Assembly: GCA_964437265.1 (NCBI GenBank)
Contig: CAYTGY010000003.1
Location: 1 to 38,000, forward strand
Origin: an uncultured Spirochaetaceae bacterium
Lineage (GTDB): Bacteria; Spirochaetota; Spirochaetia; DSM-27196; SLST01
DNA length: 38,000 nucleotides
Direction: 5' to 3'
The translations under genes were made by a program, and so were the position numbers. This document shows positions 15,710-23,797 of the stretch, piece after piece. Each line of letters starts with the position of its first letter. Positions within the stretch are counted from its first letter, which is position 1. The notes beneath the pieces are model-generated. The model was not told the origin of the DNA. It searched no databases and was given only the letters and a program-made list of their open reading frames with translations.

Positions 15710-18052
15710 CTACGCCTCCATGGCCGTGCGCCGGAGAATATCCGACTGACTCGCTTCGTCAAGATTTGTGAAGTAGTCAACGTATCCACCGACGCGAACC
15801 ATCAAATCCCGGTAATTCTCAGGGTGAGCAACCGCGTCCTCCAGCGTCGCTCGGCTGACACAGTTCATCTGCAAGTGCGAGCCTCCACGACGGAAGAACG
15901 TGTTCACGAGCGCCTGAGTCTTCTGCCGCGCATCCTCAGTATTCAAGAACGATTCATGGAACCGGATCTGGCCGATTGTCCCTCCCGCCCAGTGCTTCCC
16001 ATCGAGTTTCGCCATCGAGTTGAGAACCGCCGTCGGACCGTTTCGCTCCGTTCCGGGGTACGCAGCATTCCCCGCGGCGAGCGCATGCTTCGCGAAGCGA
16101 CCGTCCGGCGTTGCCGGCGTGAGTAGCCCCTCGTACACGTGCGAGATTCGTGGTATCAGCTCAAAAACCCACTTGCCGTCGGTGTAGACACTCCTGCGAC
16201 TCGGTGGGTAGGGTTCCATCGCCTCGCGGCTCACCTCCTCAATGAGAGGAATCATCGCGTCTACGTAATCGTCGTCATTTCCGAACTTGGGCGCGTTCCA
16301 GAGTTTCTGCCGGATCTCCGGGTGTTCGGCAAAATCCGCCGCAAGCGCACGACCGAGTTCTTCCTGGGACACTGATTGGTCGTCAAAGACGCATTTCTTG
16401 ATGGCGGCGAGCGAGTTTACGACGGGAATGAAGTCGCTATGGCCCAAAGCCGGCTGGAAAAAATCGACGGCCTCCATGAGGCTTCCGCCACGCTCGATGC
16501 ACCCGCTCATCAGCGCCGATGCAAACGGCAGCGGGCGCAGGTCGACGTGCAGTCGATCCATAATCCCTATCCCGGCAGCGACGTACGGCGCGAAGTGCCG
16601 CACGGTTTCTCTGTACGCCGCAAAGAATTGCTCCCATGACTCGTACTCGCCCAGACGCGGCACAGCGGGCCCCATCTGCTTCCCGTTGTCCGGCATCACG
16701 CCGCCGTTTAGCACCAGTTCCAGCACGCGAACGAGGAAGATCGGTCGCGCGATCCCACCTCCGAGCAGGCGGCCTCCGATGACCGTCTCGTTGCAGCCGG
16801 CCTGACAATAGTCGACGGCAGCGGATCGTGGAATGCCGACACGGACGAGCCCACCAACGTAGTCCTCGTCGTTGATAATCGCGATCGATGCATCCCCCGC
16901 ATACGTGCTGTCCAGGATAGTTCGGATCATCCGCTGATCAATGGCAGGGTGCCACCGGACCAGAAGCGAAGGCTGCACCATCTGGGTGGCGCGATCGGCT
17001 GCGACACACAGGTACGAGACCTCGTTCGTCATGTCGTTACCGTCTATGTCCGCACCGCAAATCGTGATCGTCTGCGTCAGCGATATCCTCGTTCCGCCAA
17101 GCGTTATCTCCATGCACTTCATGTAGAGCGACTCCACAAGTTCCTGAGCAAACCCTTCGTGCAGAACGCCCGCGTCTCGATCTGCGCGGTAGCAGCCAAC
17201 CGTGTACTGGTCGAACCTGCCGAGCGAGATTGCAAACCCATTCTGTTCTAGGTGCATCACAAGGTGCATGAACCACGTCGCCTGGCACGCTTGCCAGAAG
17301 GTGCCGGCCGGATGAGCGGGAACGGTGCGGCAGTTCTCCGCTATGGCGTGAAGCTCCGCGCGTCGTCGCGGATCCTTCTCCGCCGCTGCAAGCTGGTCCG
17401 CGAGCTCCGCGTATCTGTGTGCGAAGCGGATAACCGCCTGCAACACAATGACTACCGCGCGGTTGAAATGATAGCCCCTCGCGTCACGCGCGTAGCACCA
17501 CTGCATCCGCTCGCGCGCTCGCTCAATGTAGGAGAGAAGCCCATGATTCACAACTTTGTCATACTCGACGACAATATGGCCTTGTCCCTCGTCGCGGCCG
17601 TAGGGGTTTCCGCATATCTCACGCGTGTCGCGCATCTCCTGGATCTCGGCAGGCATCACGGTATCAGCGATCTCGTGCATGCAACGGCCTCGCCAGAACT
17701 CGCGGATCCGCCTGAACTCACGCCGCTCCTCATCCGTCGCGAAGTCCGTCTCGTCGAGCTCGCGATCGAAGTCGAAGTGGACGTACCGGATCACGACGTC
17801 CTGAAACGTGTACTCCGGGTACATCTCGTAGTCGCCGAGCCGGGCAGCGTAGTTTCCTACGATCAACTCGCCCTCACGGATGAACACCGTCTTCTCGTCG
17901 AGCACTCGCGCTGCCGCACGGGCCTGCTGTACGACCGGAACCTCTGCAGCGTTGTCTGCGTACGCGTTGGTGACCAGTCGTGCTCGCTCCAAGTTCCATG
18001 CACTCGGGGCGGCGAAGAACTCATCCTTCAATCGTCGAACACGTTCGCTCAT
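15710..18052 (-). CDS. glycyl radical enzyme (PFL2/eliminase-like), substrate unknown
   Basis: Start trimmed to ATG 18052 (MSERVRRLKDE...), with AGGAAGGAG 6 nt upstream. It has a PFL2-type N-terminus (ERARLVTNAY...REGELIVGN), the Cys loop DYCQAGCNETVIGG, KFGNDDDYVD, ATPDGR, GGSHLQMNCV and the glycyl motif MVRVGGYVDYF near the C-terminus. Confidence 0.9.
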   Translation of the reverse strand: MSERVRRLKDEFFAAPSAWNLERARLVTNAYADNAAEVPVVQQARAAARVLDEKTVFIREGELIVGNYAARLGDYEMYPEYTFQDVVIRYVHFDFDRELDETDFATDEERREFRRIREFWRGRCMHEIADTVMPAEIQEMRDTREICGNPYGRDEGQGHIVVEYDKVVNHGLLSYIERARERMQWCYARDARGYHFNRAVVIVLQAVIRFAHRYAELADQLAAAEKDPRRRAELHAIAENCRTVPAHPAGTFWQACQATWFMHLVMHLEQNGFAISLGRFDQYTVGCYRADRDAGVLHEGFAQELVESLYMKCMEITLGGTRISLTQTITICGADIDGNDMTNEVSYLCVAADRATQMVQPSLLVRWHPAIDQRMIRTILDSTYAGDASIAIINDEDYVGGLVRVGIPRSAAVDYCQAGCNETVIGGRLLGGGIARPIFLVRVLELVLNGGVMPDNGKQMGPAVPRLGEYESWEQFFAAYRETVRHFAPYVAAGIGIMDRLHVDLRPLPFASALMSGCIERGGSLMEAVDFFQPALGHSDFIPVVNSLAAIKKCVFDDQSVSQEELGRALAADFAEHPEIRQKLWNAPKFGNDDDYVDAMIPLIEEVSREAMEPYPPSRRSVYTDGKWVFELIPRISHVYEGLLTPATPDGRFAKHALAAGNAAYPGTERNGPTAVLNSMAKLDGKHWAGGTIGQIRFHESFLNTEDARQKTQALVNTFFRRGGSHLQMNCVSRATLEDAVAHPENYRDLMVRVGGYVDYFTNLDEASQSDILRRTAMEA

Positions 18053-18084
18053 GCTCTGCTCCTTCCTACCTGTGTGCGAGGCGA

Positions 18085-19014
18085 TCACATGACCGTCGTC
18101 GTCAAACTGCTCGATTCGAGGCGAAGGACAAGGCGTTGTATCTCTTCCGCCGTGGGGGGCTCGACGTCTTCCATCGCGTACTCCAACCCAAGTCCCTCGT
18201 ACTTCGACGCGCCCATCCGGTGGTAGGGCATGATGTCCACCGGGCCGGTGAAATCGGCGTCCTTCGCAAACGTGATGAGCGCGTCGATGTTCTCCCTTGT
18301 ATCCGTGAGTCCCGGAATGAGGACAAGGCGCGCCCGAACATCCGGCACGAGGCGCAGTGCCGAACGGAAGCTCGCAAGGATGCCCTCATTCCTAACACCC
18401 GTGTAGCGCTCGTGCAGCGTCGGATCCATGAGCTTGAGGTCAAAAAGAATCCCGTCGAATCGGCGTACAACCGCGTCGAAGACGGGCGCCTCAGCGAATC
18501 CCGATGTGTCTAGGTACACGGTGACGCCTTCGTTGTGGCATGCATCCGCGATGGCAATAGCCGCTTCCGGCTGCCGCAGCGGCTCTCCGCCGGAGACCGT
18601 GACGCCTCCAAGCGAGGCCTCGTAGTAGTCGCGGTCACGCACCACCTGACGCATGATCTCCGACACCGAAACCACGCCGCCGTGAATTGCCAGAGCCTCC
18701 GCCATGCACACGCCGACGCACGCGCCACACGCGGTACACTTTGCATGGTCAACCGAGTGTACCCCGTGGACAATTTGCTGTGCCCCGTGCGGGCAGCGGT
18801 CGACGCATGCCCCACACGAGGTACACAAGCGCCGGCTGAAAAGCAGGACCGGCCCAGATTCGTGCGACTCGGGGTTATGACACCAGCGGCACCGCAACGG
18901 GCACCCCTTGAGGAACACTGTGGTACGAATCCCGGGTCCGTCGTGCAGACAGAAACGCTGGATGCGGAGGAGGTGTACTGACGTTGAGTCCTGGTCAACA
19001 CGCGTATCGTTCAT
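18085..19014 (-). CDS. glycyl-radical enzyme activating protein (radical SAM, PflA family with ferredoxin-like insert)
   Basis: Contains IQRFCLHDGPGIRTTVFLKGCPLRCRWCHNPE (CxxxCxxC at 18880-18903) and two CxxCxxCxxxC motifs (CTSCGACVDRCP, CTACGACVGVCM). The C-terminus has PYHRMGASKYEGLG. Start is ambiguous: ATG 19014, ATG 19035 or TTG 19056, none with a strong SD. It ends 32 nt before the GRE start. Confidence 0.88.
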   Translation of the reverse strand: MNDTRVDQDSTSVHLLRIQRFCLHDGPGIRTTVFLKGCPLRCRWCHNPESHESGPVLLFSRRLCTSCGACVDRCPHGAQQIVHGVHSVDHAKCTACGACVGVCMAEALAIHGGVVSVSEIMRQVVRDRDYYEASLGGVTVSGGEPLRQPEAAIAIADACHNEGVTVYLDTSGFAEAPVFDAVVRRFDGILFDLKLMDPTLHERYTGVRNEGILASFRSALRLVPDVRARLVLIPGLTDTRENIDALITFAKDADFTGPVDIMPYHRMGASKYEGLGLEYAMEDVEPPTAEEIQRLVLRLESSSLTTTVM

Positions 19015-19162
19015 CTTGCCGGTCCGCAGTGTCATACGAAGGAGATGAACGGACAATGTCTTCGGGCGTTGGCGTTTCCGACCCCAATCGTGGGCGAGGA
19101 ATCCAACGACCCAAACTGCCGTGGATGACTGGACGCAGCAAGTATGGTAGCATCAAAGCTAT

Positions 19163-20050
19163 ATGGCCGGAAGCCGAAGACCGACGCCGACGTGCGCGCG
19201 GACGGTCGCCCTGGATGAACTGGTAGACGTGCTTGAGCTACCGACCACAAGGATCAAGGTGTCCGGCGACGTGGAGCCGTACTGGAAACGGTGGTTCGAG
19301 TACTCATGCACAAATCGGTTGATCGCGTACCACGAGATCAGTTACGTCCTCAAGGGAAGAATCCACGGAGAGATCGAAGGCGATCACCTTGACCTCGCAG
19401 CCGGTGATATGTTCTGGATGGCCCCCCGTGCGCGCCACTCGATGACGTGGTGCGAGCAGCTCATCTACTACACCTTTCGGTTCTCCGTCCACGACCGATG
19501 CGAGGAGGTTTCCCTGAACCGGCCCTTCGTGCACTCCTCGTCGGCGGGAAGTCTCGAACCGCTCTTCAGCAACCTCGCGTCGCTTCTGAAGAACGATCCA
19601 GCAAATCCCTACCATGAGAAGAGAATCAAGGCCTACCTGCTCCTGATTGCAGCGCATATCGCTATGCCGGCTGGTTCGCCCCCGGCTGACACGGGAAACC
19701 GCGAGCTGACCGATGCCGAACGAAGCGCACTCTTCGAGTACTGCTCGCGATCCGGTTTCGCCGAAGTGGACTCATCGGTGCTCGCCGACTACCTTGGTCT
19801 CTCGCGCGACTACTTCTCTCGAGTGTTCAAACAGACGTTCGGGAAGAGCACGCGGAGTTGGCTTTTCGAACAGAAGATGCATTTCGCCGCGCGTCAACTG
19901 GTGGACACGGACCTACCGATTGAGGAGATCGCCGGCCACGCCGGGTATCTGGACGTCTATCTGTTTGCCAGGCAGTTTAAGCGTGTGCTTGGACTCACGC
20001 CCAAGCGGTACCGCCAACGGAACCGTTGGGGAATCCACGACGATACGTGA
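19163..20050 (+). CDS. AraC-family transcriptional regulator (cupin sensor plus 2x HTH)
   Basis: N-terminal cupin-like region (YVLKGRIHGEIEGDHLDLAAGDMFWM). The C-terminus LADYLGLSRDYFSRVFKQTFGKSTRSWLFEQKMHFAARQLVDTDLPIEEIAGHAGYLDVYLFARQFKRVLGLTPKRYR is AraC-type. It is divergent from the GRE operon. The start is uncertain (ATG 19163 or GTG 19229). Confidence 0.85.
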   Translation: MAGSRRPTPTCARTVALDELVDVLELPTTRIKVSGDVEPYWKRWFEYSCTNRLIAYHEISYVLKGRIHGEIEGDHLDLAAGDMFWMAPRARHSMTWCEQLIYYTFRFSVHDRCEEVSLNRPFVHSSSAGSLEPLFSNLASLLKNDPANPYHEKRIKAYLLLIAAHIAMPAGSPPADTGNRELTDAERSALFEYCSRSGFAEVDSSVLADYLGLSRDYFSRVFKQTFGKSTRSWLFEQKMHFAARQLVDTDLPIEEIAGHAGYLDVYLFARQFKRVLGLTPKRYRQRNRWGIHDDT

Positions 20051-20058
20051 AGGGCATC

Positions 20059-20075
20059 CTGAGGACGCTCCTCAG
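20059..20075 (+). terminator. short hairpin after the AraC gene
   Basis: CTGAGGA-cgc-TCCTCAG: a 7-bp stem with a 3-nt loop and no U-tract. Confidence 0.25.
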
Positions 20076-20097
20076 TAACGAATCGGGAGCCGCTTTG

Positions 20098-20106
20098 TGC
20101 TATAAT
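20098..20106 (+). promoter_or_regulatory. extended -10 promoter (TGcTATAAT) of the Uma2 gene
   Basis: TGCTATAAT ends 10 nt before ATG 20117 and there is no Shine-Dalgarno in between. This implies a very short leader or a leaderless mRNA. Confidence 0.5.
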
Positions 20107-20116
20107 CACCAGCGAG

Positions 20117-20210
20117 ATGCCCACACGCGTTTCCGTGGCCAAAGACACCGACTACGAGCTGCTCACCGCCGACGACTTTCTGGCATGGCTGGAGCCGGGA
20201 AAACACGCGG
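20117..20210 (+). repeat. right copy of the direct repeat (partner 4086-4158)
   Basis: See the left copy. This copy is the 5' end of the intact Uma2 gene and contains the extra 21 nt at 20153-20173. Confidence 0.9.
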
Positions 20211-20764
20211 ACCTGATCGATGGGGAGGTGGAGATGCACTCGCCGGTCTCACTCAAACATGCCGAGCTGCTCAACTTCGTCGATGCTATCTTGAGGCAGT
20301 ACATTGACCGACACGATCTGGGCACGCTCTTCCGCGAGGTGGTGGCGGTTCGTCTGAGCTCGCGAAACGTGTTCATGCCGGACCTTGCCTTCTACCGCGC
20401 CGGCAGAGAGGCTGACCTCCGTGATACCTATGCGGCCGGCGCTCCGGATTTGGTGGTTGAGGTGTTGAGCCCGCGCACGGCGGAGCGCGACGTGGGACCC
20501 AAGTTCGCTGAGTACGAACAGCACGGCGTCATTGAGTACTGGGTGCTTGATCCGGAGACGCTCGCGCACCGGTTCTACCGGCGACAGGGGGAGATCCTTA
20601 CCGAGTACGCGGATGAAACCGAGAATACGGCTGGAACCGGCGGCGCGGCGGCGACCATTCATTCAGAGACGGTGCCCGGATTCTTTGTCCGCAGGGAGTG
20701 GCTCACACCGGCCGCCGTGCCAAAGATTGACGCAGCGCTGACGGAGATCGAAGCCGCCCGGTGA
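20117..20764 (+). CDS. Uma2-family (DUF820) endonuclease
   Basis: 215 aa. Contains DGEVEMHSPVSLKHAEL...PDLAFY...APDLVVEVLSPRTAERDVGPKFAEYEQHGVIEYWVLDPE, the PD-(D/E)xK-like Uma2 signature blocks. Confidence 0.85.
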   Translation: MPTRVSVAKDTDYELLTADDFLAWLEPGKHADLIDGEVEMHSPVSLKHAELLNFVDAILRQYIDRHDLGTLFREVVAVRLSSRNVFMPDLAFYRAGREADLRDTYAAGAPDLVVEVLSPRTAERDVGPKFAEYEQHGVIEYWVLDPETLAHRFYRRQGEILTEYADETENTAGTGGAAATIHSETVPGFFVRREWLTPAAVPKIDAALTEIEAAR

Positions 20765-20772
20765 CCCGCACT

Positions 20773-21731
20773 ATGAGAACCATCACGATTCCTGGTACCG
20801 ACCTCTCGGTCTCTACGATTTGCTATGGGACGGCCACGTTGGGCGTTACGATGAGCGACGCTGAGGTTGCCCGGCTCCTCACCACCTACCGTGACCACGG
20901 TGCACATTCCTTGATACCGCTCACGTCTACGCGTGCTGGACCAACGCCGGCGCGGGATCGAGCGAACAGACGATTGCCCGGTACCTAACGGCGAACCCGG
21001 CTCCGGAGATAGTAGTTGCAACCAAGGGCGGACACCCGGGAATGGCAGGATACCGCAGCGTGGAGCGTTGGCTGGACCCGTGCCGGGTGCGCGCTTACAT
21101 CCAGGACAGCTTGGGCCGGCTCGAGCGGGATACCATCGATCTCTACTACCTGCACCACGACGACACGCGTTTCACGGTGGCGGAGATAATCGACATGATG
21201 AACCGATTTGTCACCGACGGATTGATCCGCTTCTTTGCCGCAAGCAACTGGACCGCATCGCGATTGGCCGCGGCAAACGCGTACGCGCGGCACCAAGGTG
21301 TACAGGGGTTCGTGGCTTCGCAGGTGGAGTGGAGCCTTGCGGAACGGGAGCCGCCTCCCCCGCTACCGTACGGAGCGCAGACGGTTTTCGCACAGCCTGA
21401 AGATCAGTCCTTTCACGAGAGAACGGGACTGCCGCTGTGCGCGTACTCTGCAACTGCCGGAGGGTTCTTCAGCCGGGTGCCGACGGCACAGGTCCCAGGG
21501 AACGACCGTGATACCCCGGCCAGCCGAAAGCGACTCCTACGCACGCGAGAGCTTGCCTCCGAGTACGGAAAGACGCCGACGCAGATAGCACTGGCGTGGC
21601 TCATGCACCAGCGGTTTCGCTGTATCCCCATCACCGGAACCACCTCAGTCGATCATCTGCGAGAGAACCTCGGTGCGGCTGCGGTGCTGCTCACGGCAGA
21701 CCAGGTACGCCGGCTGCGGGATGGGCAGTAA
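20773..21731 (+). pseudogene. aldo/keto reductase interrupted by a -1 frameshift near 20895-20905
   Basis: The N-terminal frame (MRTITIPGTDLSVSTICYGTATLG...YRDHG) stops making AKR sense after about 20900. The next frame continues FLDTAHVYA...SEQTIARYL...VVATKGGHP...IDLYYLHHDD... to the stop at 21731. That frame opens after a TGA at 20892-20894. The track splits the gene into ORFs 20761..20988 and 21042..21731. Confidence 0.7.
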
Positions 21732-21758
21732 CGTAGCGGACCGAAGGACGCGCCACCG

Positions 21759-22643
21759 TCATCTGTCCGCGCCACCGTGCGTGTCGGTTAACAGCGACCA
21801 CAACGGCGGGAAGGGACGGCCCATGTTGTCACGGCCGGTTGCCGGATGCGGGGAGAGATACGCCTTAAGCGCACGCAGGATCGGCGCATCAAAGCCTACC
21901 CGGTCCGCCTCATCAAGAAAGTAGTCGAACTCGGCGTACTTGTGGTTCATCGCATCCCCGGCGCCGGCGAGTACGTTGACGGCGATCTCATGGAACTGCG
22001 CGCGGAACCCTGTGTCTCCGCCGACCGCGCGCATCAGCGTCCCTTCGTCCACGCCGGCGGTTACCCCGTAGGCGATCGCCTCCGAGTACGCCGCGGTGAG
22101 AAAGCCCATGGCGAGCTGGTTGACGCCTTTGGTGATCTGTCCGCATCCCGACGGCCCGCAGTAGGTCAACCGCTCAGACGCCAGCGTCTTCAGGATCAGC
22201 CAGACCCGCTCGGCAGGCTCGCGATCGCCGCCCACAAAACAGTAGAGGCTCCCCATTGCACAGCCAATTGCCCCGCCTGAGACCGGCGCATCCAGCAGAT
22301 GCGCGCCGCGTTGGGCAAACAGCCCGTGGAGCCGCCGCGTCTGCGAGGCGACCGTGGTGCCCATATCTATGACGATCATTCCCTCACGGACCGAGGGGAG
22401 GATCTGCTCCTCCAAGACACGCACGGTGACCTCTGAGCTCGGAAGGCTCAAGAGGATCACCGAACACCCCTTGGCCACCTGCTCCGCGCTCTCCGCCGCC
22501 GCCGCGCCGATCGCGGTTACCGTCGCGGTCCGCTCGGGGTCCAGATCGAACACCAGCAGATCGTAGAAGCTGCGCACCAGGGTGGTGGCCATGCGGCCGC
22601 CCATCGCCCCAAGCCCAATAAAGCCGATCTTCTTTCGCTGCAT
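21759..22643 (-). CDS. NAD(P)-dependent beta-hydroxyacid dehydrogenase family oxidoreductase (3-hydroxyisobutyrate DH / tartronate semialdehyde reductase-like)
   Basis: Contains KIGFIGLGAMGGRMA, DAPVSGG and GQITKGVNQL. I prefer ATG 22643 (GGAGG at 22651-22655, 7 nt upstream). ATG 22661 is also in frame. It is the last gene of its operon. Confidence 0.8.
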   Translation of the reverse strand: MQRKKIGFIGLGAMGGRMATTLVRSFYDLLVFDLDPERTATVTAIGAAAAESAEQVAKGCSVILLSLPSSEVTVRVLEEQILPSVREGMIVIDMGTTVASQTRRLHGLFAQRGAHLLDAPVSGGAIGCAMGSLYCFVGGDREPAERVWLILKTLASERLTYCGPSGCGQITKGVNQLAMGFLTAAYSEAIAYGVTAGVDEGTLMRAVGGDTGFRAQFHEIAVNVLAGAGDAMNHKYAEFDYFLDEADRVGFDAPILRALKAYLSPHPATGRDNMGRPFPPLWSLLTDTHGGADR

Positions 22644-22663
22644 CTTTACGCCTCCGCTCATGT

Positions 22664-23767
22664 TCAGCTGTACTCCGGAATGTCCACGCGCTCGCCATCG
22701 CGAAGTGCCGACTGGTGAGCGCAGATACCTACCGACGTCCAGTTCGCCGCCTGCTCGGCATTCGGAAACGGCTGCCGACCATCGACCAGTGCGGAAACCA
22801 TCTCATGAACCAGATGCGGGTGAGAACCGCCGTGACCTCCGCCCTGGATGAAGGAAAGGTGCTCCTCATCAGCGATGCTCTGCGTGAACTTCCTGATGGG
22901 CTCAGGCAGCCGATGTGCGAAGTCGGGGACCGTTACGCGCTCGGGGATCTCCGGTTCAGGCCTCTTTGCGGTGTGGAGGACCGGACTCTCGCCTTCGATC
23001 AACGGCCACTCGAACGACTTCTTTGATCCATACACATCGATGCTCTCTCGGTACTGCCGCGCAGTGTCCCAGAGAAAGCGCCAGATGTGCGCGGCCACAT
23101 CCGAGTCCTTGATCTTGATGTGACACGACTCAACGGCAAACCGGTTGCCCGACCGCTCTGCTACCTCGGCATGGACACGTCCCGAACCAACGCAGCTCAC
23201 GTACTCGGCGAGCCCCCCGACCATCGCCAGGACCGGACTGACCACGTGGGTGGCGTAGTGCATGGGGATCATATCCTTCCAGTAGTCGGGCCACCCCTCC
23301 ATATCCTGCGGATGCGACGCCTGCAGGTACTGGATCTCACCAAGCTCGCCCTTCTCCGCGAGATCCTTCACATACAGGTACTCACGGCTGTAGACCACGG
23401 TCTCCGCCATCATATAGGTGAGCCCGGTCTGCTTGACCAGATCAACTATTTGGCGACACTCCTCCAGCGTTGTCGCCATGGGAACGGTACACATCACGTG
23501 CTTGCCGGCCGTAAGCGCGGCGATCGACATGGGGGCGTGATCCGGAATGGGGCTGTTGATGTGGACATAATCCACATCGGGGTCGCGGAGTACGTCGCTG
23601 TAGTCGGTGTACCGGGTGGTCACGCCAAAACGGTCGCCCACCTCGTTGAGCTTTGACTCGTCGCGACGGCAGATCGCGGCGATCTCCGCCTGCGGGTGCG
23701 CCTGATAGATGGGAATGAACTCCGCACCAAAACCGAGACCAATCAGACCTACTCGTACCTTCTCCAT
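22664..23767 (-). CDS. Gfo/Idh/MocA family oxidoreductase
   Basis: 367 aa. It has the Rossmann start MEKVRVGLIGLGFGAEF and then HVMCTVPMATTLEE (an EKP-like position). GGAGGGAG lies upstream of the ATG. Confidence 0.8.
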   Translation of the reverse strand: MEKVRVGLIGLGFGAEFIPIYQAHPQAEIAAICRRDESKLNEVGDRFGVTTRYTDYSDVLRDPDVDYVHINSPIPDHAPMSIAALTAGKHVMCTVPMATTLEECRQIVDLVKQTGLTYMMAETVVYSREYLYVKDLAEKGELGEIQYLQASHPQDMEGWPDYWKDMIPMHYATHVVSPVLAMVGGLAEYVSCVGSGRVHAEVAERSGNRFAVESCHIKIKDSDVAAHIWRFLWDTARQYRESIDVYGSKKSFEWPLIEGESPVLHTAKRPEPEIPERVTVPDFAHRLPEPIRKFTQSIADEEHLSFIQGGGHGGSHPHLVHEMVSALVDGRQPFPNAEQAANWTSVGICAHQSALRDGERVDIPEYS

Positions 23768-23797
23768 ACTCCCTCCGTTGGTCGCAGCACCGTAGCG

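Noticed and set aside
18085-19056. The idea that the radical-SAM protein is the missing anaerobic sulfatase maturase (anSME)
   Set aside because: It has the PflA-family N-terminus (IQRFxxHDGPGIRT), a ferredoxin-like insert and the PflA-type C-terminus. It has no SPASM-type C-terminal Cys cluster, and it is directly coupled to the GRE gene. Dual function cannot be excluded experimentally, but sequence gives no support.
18990-19056. The repeated peptide SVHLLR(M/I) at the activase N-terminus, as a possible duplication
   Set aside because: The two occurrences share no nucleotide repeat. The first lies upstream of the more likely start codons and is probably untranslated.
20761-21400. Track ORFs 20761..20988 and 20933..21400 as independent small genes
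   Set aside because: The first is the N-terminal part of the frameshifted aldo/keto reductase. The second is an out-of-frame shadow ORF with an Arg/Pro/Gly-rich translation.
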